From an uncultured Planctomycetaceae bacterium (GTDB taxonomy: Bacteria > Planctomycetota > Planctomycetia > Isosphaerales > Isosphaeraceae), in contig CAWIAD010000001.1 of the NCBI GenBank assembly GCA_963833985.1, positions 3,200,001-3,264,000 on the forward strand: a stretch of 64,000 bases of DNA. The letters run 5' to 3'. Both the position numbers and the translations under genes were made by a program. Within the stretch, counting starts at the first letter, position 1, and every line of letters begins with the position of its first letter. The notes under the pieces are model-generated. The model worked only from the letters and a program-made list of their open reading frames with translations, did no database searches and was not told the origin of the DNA. Below are positions 52,351 through 62,300 of this stretch, one piece after another.

Positions 52351-55300
52351 ATGGTCAATCACGCCGAAGCATCCCGTAGCCTCCTCTTTGGCCTGCTCGC
52401 ACTTCAGAACGGAATCATTCACCAGGCCGCGCTGGTGGCCGCATTCCAGGCCTGGACGCTCGCGAAGGATCGCCCCATGGCCGAGATCCTGGCAGAGCAG
52501 GGGGCCCTGGACGCCGACGACCATGCACTCCTGGAATCGCTCGTGGCAAGGCACGTCCGGGCACACGGTGGAGATCCCGAGCGAAGCCTTGCGGACGTCG
52601 ACCTCGGCCGATCAACCCGGGAAAGCCTGATCAAGCTGGGCGATCCCGAGCTCGGCGCGACCCTCGGCCGCGTCCCGGCGGGCACGACCGAGGTGGGTGG
52701 AGTGGATCGGACCTCGAGCTACACGGTCGGCAGCGTCACATCCGACGGCCAGCGGTTCCGCATCTTGCGCCCGCACGCCCGAGGCGGCCTCGGTGCCGTC
52801 TACGTCGCGCTCGACGCCGAGCTGAACCGTGAGGTGGCGCTCAAGCAGATGCTCGACCGACATGCAGACGACCCGACCAGTCGGCAGCGGTTCGTACTCG
52901 AGGCCGAGGTGACCGGCGGGCTCGAGCACCCGGGGATTGTCCCGGTCTACGGACTGGGCGCCTATCATGACGGTCGTCCCTATTACGCCATGCGATTTGT
53001 CCGGGGAGACAGCCTGAAGGAGGCCATCGAGCAGTTTCATGCCTCGCGGTGCGGCGACGAGGATCCGGCCCGGAGTTCGCTCGAGCTGCGCAAGCTTCTC
53101 CGCCGCTTCGTGGATGTCTGCAACGCCATCGAATACGCGCACAGCCGGGGAGTGCTCCATCGGGACATCAAGCCGGGCAACATCATCGTGGGCAAGCACG
53201 GGGAAACGCTGCTCGTTGACTGGGGCCTGGCGAAACCGCTCGGCCGGAAGGAACCCGGGGCCCGGACCGAGGAGCGCACACTCGTCCCCTCCTCGGCAAG
53301 CGGCTCGGCGGAAACGCTGCCGGGATCCACCATGGGTACGCCGGCATACATGAGCCCCGAACAGGCCGCGGGCGATCTGGAACACCTCGGCCGGCGCTCC
53401 GACGTCTACAGCCTGGGTGCGACGCTCTATTGCCTGCTGACCGGCAGGCCGCCATTTGCGAGTGACGACCCCGGCGCGACGCTGAAGGCCGTGCAGAAGG
53501 GCGCGTTTCCCCGTCCCCGCAAGCTGGATCCAGGCATCGCCCGGGCGCTGGAGGAGGTCTGTCTCAAGGCGATGTCCACCTCGCCTGAGGATCGCTACTC
53601 CTCGCCCAGGGCACTCGCCGATGACATCGAACGGTGGATGGCCGACGAGCCGGTTCTGGCGTGGCGCGAGCCCTGGCCCGACCGAGCCCGCCGCTGGCTG
53701 GGGAGGCATCGTACGTTGATGACTGCCGCGGTCGTGGCCGCCACGGTGATCACCGCAGCGCTCGGCACCATCGCCGCTCTCGAGGCCCGGTCCAACCGCC
53801 AGCTTGCCGAGAAGAATGCCGAGATTCAGGGCGCTCGCGAGCGGGCTGAGCGGCGCGTTGGGCTTGCGCTGCGGGCAATCGAAAGTTTCCGCATGGCTGT
53901 GGATGAGAACGTTGACGTCAAGAACCGCCCTGACCTCACGCCGCTCCGCAAGACACTGCTCCGAGCGCCCAGGACTTCTACCAAGAACTTCGGCAGGATA
54001 TCGAATCCTCCGACGATGCGCATCCCGAGACACTGGGCCGGCTTGCCCAGGCTCTGCTGGGTCTCGCCGAGATCGCCGCGCAGATCGACTCGGTGCCGAA
54101 CGCCATGGCATCCTACCGGGAGGCGATCCGGCTGCTGACGCCGCTGGCACGGGAACAGTTCGACCCCGAGCTCCGGTCGCGGCTGTGCGCTCGCACTATG
54201 AGCTGGGCGCATTGCACTACCGTAGCAACTCGCCGGGCGAAGCGCTCGCCAGCTTCCAGCGCGCGTGCGAAATTCAGCGACCCTTGCTCGCCCAGCAACC
54301 GGGAATTGCGGAGCACCGCATCACACTCGCGAAATACATCAATGCTCTCGGAGTGCTTCATGCGAACGCAGAAAGGTTGGCGCAGGCCCGGGCTGAATAC
54401 GAGCAGGCACTGGGGCACGTCGCAGGGCTCACCGACACGCCCGGCAAAACAGAGGTACGGGCGGTTCTGGCCACGCTCCACAATAACCTCGCGGTCAACC
54501 ACCGCGATTCCGGCCGGCCTGCGGAGGCGATCGCCAGCTTCAAGACGGCCTGCGAGATCCAGCGCCTCGCTGCGCGACGATCCGGAGAACAGCAAGGACC
54601 AGAACACTCTCGCCGCCGTCCTCTTCAACCTGGGCGAGATCCAGCGGAGTGACGAGCGATTGAAAGACGAGTCGTTGGCCAGTTACAGGGAGGCGTCTGC
54701 CCTCTGGACCACATTGGCCCGCAAGCATCCCAGCGTTGCCGAATACCAGGAGAACCTCGGCAAGAATCACGGGCTGCTGGGTTACCTGCATCGCCTCGAG
54801 GGCCGTTACCCCGAGGCCAGGGACGAACTGACGAGGTGTCTCGAGATTCGTGAGGCCACGTTCCGGGAACACCCGACCGTCGCTTCCTACAAGATCGGCG
54901 TTGCCTGGACTCATTACAACCTCGGAATCGTCGCTCGCAAGCTCGGTCGACTACCGGATTCGCAGTCCCATCTCGAGCGGGCAGCGGAGCTATTCGGAGA
55001 ACTGGTGCGCGACACACCCGAGAATCTGTACAACTGGAACCTCCTGGGAAACGTCTTTGCCGCGCTGGGACAGACTCTCATGGATTCTGGAAGAGACGCG
55101 CAGGCGGTCGCCGCCTGCCAGCGGGCGATCGAGCATCAGCGCCGGGCGTTCGACAGGAACCCCACCCATGGCGACTACCGCAATGACCTGGGCTGGCATT
55201 ACCTTGGGTTGGCCGCGGTCCAGCGCAAGCTCCATCGACCGGCCGAGGCGGCCGAGTCCATCTCGCAATGCCTGAGCCTGCAAACGGCCGACGCTCGTCA

Positions 55301-55562
55301 GCTTCACGACGCGGCGCGCGGCCTCGCATCTTGCATCCCTCTGGTTTCCTTCGGGAGCTCGGCGCCGACGGCCGCAGAGCGGTTGGAGTACGACCGCCTT
55401 GCCGATCTTGCCATGGTTGCGCTGCGCCGCTCGATCGCCGCCGACCCTGGCGGCCCCGGAGGGATGGTCCGAGACCCCGACCTCAGGGCGCTGGGCTCTC
55501 GCTCCGACTTCCAGCAACTGGTCATGGACGCTGCCATGCCGAGCAACCCGTTCGCGCAGTGA
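52351..55562 (+). CDS. Eukaryote-like Ser/Thr protein kinase with TM helix and TPR domain; frameshifts at about 53968, 54190 and 54568
   Basis: HARGGLGAVY, VALK, HRDIKPGN, DWGLAK, GTPAYMSPEQ and SDVYSLG motifs; the TPR region alternates between ORFs 54093-55562 and 53804-54652. Confidence 0.9.
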
Positions 55563-55893
55563 TCCCGATCCGCCCAGGCCGAGACACGCACCGAGACGCC
55601 GGGCAAGCCAATGATGCCCGAGCCGGCGGGGTCAGACAATGGAGGTCAGCGATGGACTCTGACAGTGGTCGAAGCGTGCACGCGAGGCCCGATGAGGGCA
55701 AGCCCTGGGATAGCAGGAGGGATGACCACGGTTCCCCATGGAGTGCTTGTGTGGCAAGGACAATTGTGTCGATCATGATGAGAGTGGGAGAAGGCCAGGT
55801 ACGGGACGAGGAAAGTTGCAACGCGGCCTGGCAGCAGCTTCACATTTCCGAAGGACATCATCACTGGGCGATGCTCAAGGAAGCAGACCGGCC

Positions 55894-56313
55894 ATGACTT
55901 TCTACACGATCGGCTATGGCGGACGGGACCCCGAGGAGTTCCTCGGACTGCTTGCGGCGCACGGCGTGCGGGCCGTGGCTGATGTCCGGATTCGACCCGA
56001 GCGCGCCAGCATGGGCGCCTATACCCGGGCAAGGACGCCCGACAAGGGCATCGAGCACCTGCTCGCCAGTCGCGACATCGCGTATCATCCTATTCTCGAG
56101 CTGGGCAACCTGTTCTTGGATCGCGCGGACTGGCGCGTACCGTACCGGGAGTTGCTGGAGCGATGTGGCGACCTGCTCGTCACCCGCTTGCTCGATCTCC
56201 CGGCGCCGCTCTGCCTGCTCTGCGCGGAGAAGCGCGTGGCCGATTGCCATCGTCAGATGATTGCGGATCACATGGTCTGGTCACGCGGCTGGCAGGTCAC
56301 GCACATCGAGTGA
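55894..56313 (+). CDS. DUF488 family protein
   Basis: FYTIGYGGR, VADVR..P, ELGN and LLCAEKRVADCHR motifs. Confidence 0.88.
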   Translation: MTFYTIGYGGRDPEEFLGLLAAHGVRAVADVRIRPERASMGAYTRARTPDKGIEHLLASRDIAYHPILELGNLFLDRADWRVPYRELLERCGDLLVTRLLDLPAPLCLLCAEKRVADCHRQMIADHMVWSRGWQVTHIE

Positions 56314-56350
56314 CCTGGCCACGGTGCGCTTGCGAGCGGCCGGTTCCGGC

Positions 56351-56896
56351 TCAGGCGCGGCCGATGCGCAGGGTCGCAACCATGCGCACCCAGCGGGAGT
56401 GGCGTTTCTCGCCCGGGACGACAAGCTGGAACGGACCGTCGCGGGCCGTGAGCGGCTGGCCATCGCGGCGGTCGGCCAGCAGGATCACTCTGTCGGTGAA
56501 GGCGGGGTCGATCTCGGGCAGGGCAAACACCGCGCGGTAGCCGTCAGACGCCTCGACCACCAGGTAGAGTGCCATGGCCTTGCCCCGGAGGTCGTTTCCC
56601 GTCGGGATGCCGGCTTTCTTGAGGATCTCGAACAGCGGCACACCCTCGTACTGCGATTCCTTGCCATCATGGGCCCGGGCCAGGACCGACTGGCGGGGGA
56701 GCTGCTGAAGCTCGGCTGCGGAAAGTACCAAGGGCCGGGCCACCTCACCCTCCAGCTTCAAGGCCGCGGGCGGCGGCGCGACCTGGGTGGTGGCGGATTG
56801 CTGCGATGCCGGCGTTGGCTCCAGGGCGGCCACACCGAGGCCCGCCGGGGCGGCCAGAGCAGCGATGAGGAAGCGAGCCAGCAGAGGGCGTCTCAA
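56351..56896 (-). CDS. Exported molybdopterin-binding oxidoreductase-like domain protein
   Basis: LEGEVARPLVLSAAELQQLP, YEGVPL, EASDGYRAVF and GPFQLVVPGEKRHSRWVR motifs; GGAGGA RBS and TTG start. Confidence 0.8.
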   Translation of the reverse strand: MRRPLLARFLIAALAAPAGLGVAALEPTPASQQSATTQVAPPPAALKLEGEVARPLVLSAAELQQLPRQSVLARAHDGKESQYEGVPLFEILKKAGIPTGNDLRGKAMALYLVVEASDGYRAVFALPEIDPAFTDRVILLADRRDGQPLTARDGPFQLVVPGEKRHSRWVRMVATLRIGRA

Positions 56897-56954
56897 GGCG
56901 GTCCTCCGGTCAACGGGTGAGTCGATCCAGCTTCCACTGGGGGGTGCAGGTGGG

Positions 56955-57694
56955 TCATGGCTTGGCGCTGGCAGGTCCGCGGTCGTGGCGAATGATGAGG
57001 CCTTCCTCCAGATACACGACGGTCTGGGCAATCCCGGTCGCGTGATCAGCAACCCTCTCCAGGTTGCGGGCCAGGTTCAGCAGCTCCAGCCACGCGTTGA
57101 TGCGCTCGGGCTGCGTGGTCAGGCCGGTCTTGAACTGTTTCCGCAAGGCGCGGTACCGGGTGTCGATGGCATCGTCGCCCGCGATCACGACCCGGGCAGA
57201 GGCCGCATCGCGACCGGCAAGGGCCGCGTAAGCGGCGCGTACCTGGGCCAGCACGTCACGCGCCATCTGCTGGAGAGCTTCCGGGATCGCCATCTCGCCT
57301 GCCTTGCGCGCAGCTTCCGGGCCCGCCTGGCCACGCGTAGCGCCAGGTCGGCAATCCGCTCCCAGTCGCGATTGACCTTGAGCACCGTGGCCATGCGCCT
57401 CAGGTCCGACGCGACCGGTTCGTAGAGCGCGAGAATCCGCAGGCATTCCTGTTCAATCCGCACTTCGCGGCGGTCGGACTCTTCTTCCTCGTCTTCCACC
57501 TCGCTGATGAGCTCGAAACGAGCTTCGCAGAGGGTCTGAACGCTCTTGTCGAGCGTATCGACGACCGCCTCCGCCAGGGAGAGCAGCTCGGACCAGATCT
57601 GATCCTGTTCGCGCAGGGAATGGCGGCCGGCCGGCGCCGGTTTCGACTCCGAACCAGGCGACTGGTTCGCCCCCATTCTGGGATCGGCTGCCAT
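56955..57694 (-). CDS. phoU: Phosphate signalling complex protein PhoU; frameshift at about 57310
   Basis: ILALYEPVASDLR..DWERIADLA (ORF 57185-57694) and ARNLERVADHATGIAQTVVYL (ORF 56955-57446). Confidence 0.9.
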
Positions 57695-58151
57695 GATGGG
57701 AGTCCTTTCGTCGCGCGTCGTGGCGTCCTGACGTCAACAGTCGCTGTGCGCGTCGGCGGGACGCGCGAAATTCATTCTTCGTGCTCAGGGGCCAGTTTTC
57801 AAGGCTGTACGCGGCCGGACCGCCGCTGTCCTGCTTCCTTCGCGAAAAAAACATCACCCGGCAGCTCGTGGGAATTCTTCGTCAATGCACGTTGACATGA
57901 CGTAGTATAGGAGTAGAGAGAGTACCCGGTGGAACTCTCCGTGACGTGGACCCAGCCGGTGCCACGAGGTAATGTTCAAGCAGGAGGACTTGCACTGCCG
58001 ACGATGATGAACAGGAAGTCTGTCAGTGGATCAGGGAAGTCTTGAGCCAGGAATACAGTAAGAGTCCGAGCTATCGCCGCCGACGGGCGGTCATTCCTTT
58101 TCTCAACAACCCAGGTCGGGGCCGGGGATGCAACGAAGGCGTGCGTTCGGG

Positions 58152-58180
58152 CCGGTCGAGCCAAGCTCGGCCGGGCTTTT
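58152..58180 (+). terminator. Terminator-like hairpin in the long intergenic region
   Basis: CCGGTCGAGC-CAA-GCTCGGCCGG followed by GCTTTT. Confidence 0.45.
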
Positions 58181-58438
58181 CAGCCGTCGCGCATTCCCCA
58201 TTTCGGCAACGACCTGACCGCAGCGCCCGTTCGCCCGCCAGGCAGCCGATGCGCGCAACCCTCGACAGGAGGCCGCAGCCCCCTCGTTCGAAACCGATCA
58301 CGGGCCCGTGCCCGACACGGTGCACGCTGGCCTGCTCCGCCAAGAAACCGAGCAACCGGCACGGCCGGAAGGGCACCCGTGCGCTCCGGCTCCGCGCTGC
58401 CTGCTCTCCCTTTGCTTCAAATTCGAGAGGAGGAGAAT

Positions 58439-58711
58439 ATGAACCAACACACACTCGTTCGCATGTGGACGCTTTTTGGCACGGACAGCGGCAACGAGGT
58501 GGTGGACGACCGGCATATCGCTCTAGCCGATATCCCCACCGAGCTGACCTGGCAGGCCAGCCGATGCCACCTGAACGGCAACATCAAGGTCGTCAAGCTG
58601 ACCATCAGCCCCGAAGTGGAACAGCCGCCGGAGCCGAAGGACGATGACGAGCCCGAATTCTTCCCCGTCTACGGCATGCCGGACCTGAGCCGCTTCTACG
58701 ACGAGCTTTGA
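58439..58711 (+). CDS. Small acidic hypothetical protein (90 aa)
   Basis: Strong GAGGAGGAG RBS, GC3-rich codon usage, own terminator. Confidence 0.75.
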   Translation: MNQHTLVRMWTLFGTDSGNEVVDDRHIALADIPTELTWQASRCHLNGNIKVVKLTISPEVEQPPEPKDDDEPEFFPVYGMPDLSRFYDEL

Positions 58712-58732
58712 CACCGAATCTCCGCCTCGTCC

Positions 58733-58763
58733 GAAACCCGCCCCGCACAGGCGGGTTTCTTCA
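58733..58763 (+). terminator. Intrinsic terminator
   Basis: GAAACCCGCC-ccgcaca-GGCGGGTTTC followed by TTC. Confidence 0.7.
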
Positions 58764-58797
58764 TGCGCCGTGGTCGCCCTCATCTTCCTCTTGTACT

Positions 58798-58837
58798 TGC
58801 CTACGTCTGTCGGTAACATTGCCGACATTCGTAGGCA
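58798..58837. promoter_or_regulatory. Palindromic operator upstream of the BlaI-family gene (two bla/cop-like boxes)
   Basis: TGCCTACG-TC-TGTCGG-TAACATTG-CCGACA-TT-CGTAGGCA; each half resembles the TACAnnTGTA box. Confidence 0.7.
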
Positions 58838-58909
58838 TTTTTCGTGGGCGATGGCCGTTCACGCCTGCGGACACTGGCATTCGCACAGGTCTCGTCCCGG
58901 AGCCAGCTC

Positions 58910-59323
58910 ATGACTGTGGAATCCGAGGATCGGGCGCCTCTGTCCGAGGCACAGATGGAGATCATGAACCTGGTCTGGGACCAGGGCGAGGTCACCGTGG
59001 CCGAGGTATGGAAGGCGCTCTCCGCGCGGCGGAGACTGGCGCGGAACACGGTGCAGACGATGATGGCGCGGCTCGAAGAGAAGGGCTGGCTGGTATGCCA
59101 GTCGGAGGGACACGCCTTCCGCTACCAGGCCGCGGTGCCGCGCCGGGATGTTCAGGGCATGATGGTGCGCCGGCTGCTGGACGCGGCGTTTGGCGGGTCG
59201 GCGGAGGGGCTGGTGTTGGCCCTGCTCGAAGGCCGGGGGATCTCGCTGCGCGAAGCCCAGCGCGTGCGTGCGCTGATCGAGCAAGCCGAGCAAGAGCGTG
59301 CGGGGAAGGGAGGCAAGCCATGA
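58910..59323 (+). CDS. BlaI/MecI/CopY family transcriptional repressor
   Basis: LSEAQMEIMNLVW, TVQTMMARLEEKGWL and FGGSAEGLVLALL motifs; ATGA overlap with the next gene. Confidence 0.93.
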   Translation: MTVESEDRAPLSEAQMEIMNLVWDQGEVTVAEVWKALSARRRLARNTVQTMMARLEEKGWLVCQSEGHAFRYQAAVPRRDVQGMMVRRLLDAAFGGSAEGLVLALLEGRGISLREAQRVRALIEQAEQERAGKGGKP

Positions 59324-62300
59324 GCCTTGCCGACGAACTGATCCCCGGGACCGTCCAGCTTTCAGGAGTGGTGACCGGCCTGATCGCGACCGCGGGGCTG
59401 ATGGCTCTGATGTGCCGCCGGACCGGCGCCGCGGTGCACCATGCCATCTGGCTTTGCGCCCTCATCGGCACCCTGCTCAGCCCGCTGGCCCTCGTGGCTG
59501 CGGACCGGTCGGGCCTCAGGCTGACGACCATCTTGCTGGCTCGGCCCCAAGGTACCGCAAAGCCGAGCGCTCCAGACCTGACTCTTCAAGGGCCCGCTCC
59601 GCAGCCGGCGCAACCCGGGCTTCCGGATCGCCCCGCACTCCCAGCCGACCTGGCGATGCTCACCTCCCTGAACCCCTCTCCGGCAGGCGATCCGCCGGAG
59701 CGGGCGCCTGAGCTGGCACCGCTGTCGAGTTCGCTGGATCCGCCGCCCGCGGCCGCGCTGGCGAATGCTCCGCCCGCCGTGGAGCCGGATGCGCACGCCG
59801 CGGGCCGGCACGTCGACTGGCCCGCCGCGCTGGCTCCGGCCGCATTGAGCGTTTGGACGCTGGGGGTGCTGGTGCTCGCGGCCCGCTTCTGCGTTGGACT
59901 TTACAGGCTTCACGTCCTGCGGAGGTCAGCGCGCCCGGTGGACGAGCGCCGCATCCGACTCAGCCTGGAGGAGGCTCGCTCGCGGCTGGGGGTCGACCGT
60001 CTGCCGCCGATCGCGGTGTCGCCAGGCTTGAACACGCCGGTCGCGATCGGCCTGTTCCATTCTCTGGTTGTCTTGCCGGAGGGGTTGACCGAGACGCTCT
60101 CCACCAGGGCGCTGGGGGATATCCTGGTGCACGAATCGGCTCACATCCTGCGCCGCGATCCGCTCGTGGGGTTGCTCCAGCGCATCGCGGCGATGCTCTA
60201 CTGGCCGCACCCGCTGATCCACCTGCTGAACCGCCGGCTGGCACGAGCCAGGGAAGAGGTCTGCGACAACCACGTCCTGAGGCAGGGCGACGCTTGCGCT
60301 TTCGCCCGCACGCTGCTGGAGCTGGCGGAGTCCAGCCGGGGCAGTCGTCGCCTGGCTGGCTCGCTGCCCCTTTTGAACCCACGCTGGAAGCTGGAGGACC
60401 GGGTGGCCGGTCTGCTGGACCCGAGGAGGAAAGCCATGACACGGACGAAGGGATTCGAGATTGCAGGAATTGCCTTGCTGCTTTGTGCCACCGTCACGGC
60501 CCTGGCGGGCGTGCGGCTGGAGGCAAGGGACCGACCGGGCCTGCGCCAGGCCGAGGCCGAGACCTCTGCCTCCGCCTTCGCAGCCGAAGCGACGGCCAGC
60601 GATCATTCCCGGAAGATCACGGGGAGGGTGATCGAGGGGGCAACCGGCAAACCCGTGCAGAAGGCAAAGGTCCGCCTGGTCCGTCCCTGGAAGACAGACG
60701 GCACCGTGACGACCAGCGCGGAAGGCTCGTTCGCCATCACCTTCAGCAGCCCCCTGCTGCTGGACGAGGACATGATCGCGACGAGCCCGGATGGCCGGCT
60801 CATGGGAATCGCGACGCACCGCGTGCCGATCGACAGCCAGTCCGAACCGGAGCCCGTCGAGATCCGATTGCAGCCCGCCAGGGTTGTGAACGTCCGCGTC
60901 TGCGACGGTCGGGGCAATGCGGTTCGCCAGGCCACTGTCAAGGTCCTTGCCGACTGCGGTGGCATCGCCGAGGCCCGCACGGACGACGACGGCATGGCCC
61001 GCGTTCAGTACCCCGCGGGACGGCCCATCGACCATATCATCGCGCTCAAGTCAGGCGTGGGATTCGACTATTATGAGAACTTTGATTCCTGGCCCTCGCG
61101 TGCCAGGCCCAAGCCGCCCGATTTCGTGCTGCTGATCCTGGACGGCGCGCGTACGGGACGCATCAAGGCGGTGAACTCGGAGGGGAAGCCTGTCGCGGAC
61201 GTCCCGTTTTACGTCTTCATGATCCACAAAGAGAAGAAGCTCTCTTCCGCGAATCTCTCCGGCGCGGTGCTCTCCGCCACGACGGACGCAGCTGGGGTTG
61301 CCACATTCGACTGGCTCCCCGCCCGGACCGAGGACCCGGTGCAGGTGCTCTTGTGGCCGGGACCGTGGCATGCCACCATGCGATTCAATCTCGCCATGGA
61401 CGGGGCAAGTGCGGAAACGCAGGTTCGCCTGGTGCGTAAAGCCATACTGCGGGGCAAGGCGGTGCATCCCGACGGCAGCCCGGCGGCGGGCCTCCTGGTC
61501 AGGGCGGAAGGTCCCGGCAGGAACATGGACGACGAGCACGACCATGGTCACTCACGAACGGCGGCGGATGGAACCTACACCATCGCCGTGGCACCAGATC
61601 ACGCCTTCATGGTCGGAATCCACGATACGTCGTGGGCCGCGCAGCCTCACGAACGTCGTCCCCAGGCGTGAGGGAGAGACAGTCGAGCTTGCCGATCACC
61701 GGCTCGTCCGCGGCACGCTTGTGCAGGGGCGGATCACGCGGGCACCCGATGCGCGGCCCGTGGAGGGCCACTGGGTGTCGCTCGAGGAGAAAGGCGATCC
61801 GCTGCCGGGCGATTTCCAGCCGCTCAGCTTGGACAGTCGGCAGTGGCTCATGCGAACCACCCGGACCGACAAGGACGGCCGTTATTCGTTCCGCGTGGGG
61901 CCCGGCACGTACACGATGCACACCGTGAGCGGTGTCGTGAATCCGGAGACGCTCGCGATCGGTTCCGAGCCGACCATCACGCGGGATTATGTCTTCAGCG
62001 AACACGATGAACCGCGCGAGCAGCGCATCGAGGGGCTGGTGCGTGTGCGTACCGATGCAGGGCCGAAGCCGGTCGCCGATGCCATTGTCAGGGCGGCGAC
62101 CCGAAGTCCCGTACACGAGTGGACGGCGCGAACCAGCGACGGCGGCAAGTTCTCGATCTCGACATCGAGCGACATCGTGGCCTTCTACGCCCATGACCGC
62201 GACGGCAACCGCGCCGGGTTCGCCGAGATGCCCGGGGACGGGCAAGCGCTCACTATCGACCTCGAGAAGGCCGCATCCATCTATGGCCGGGTCGTCGATC

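Noticed and set aside
31252..61645. Programmed frameshifting or mass pseudogenisation of galK, phoU, kinase, M56 and other genes
   Set aside because: No slippery heptamers were seen at the breaks and the coding sequences are otherwise undecayed. Sequencing indels are more parsimonious.
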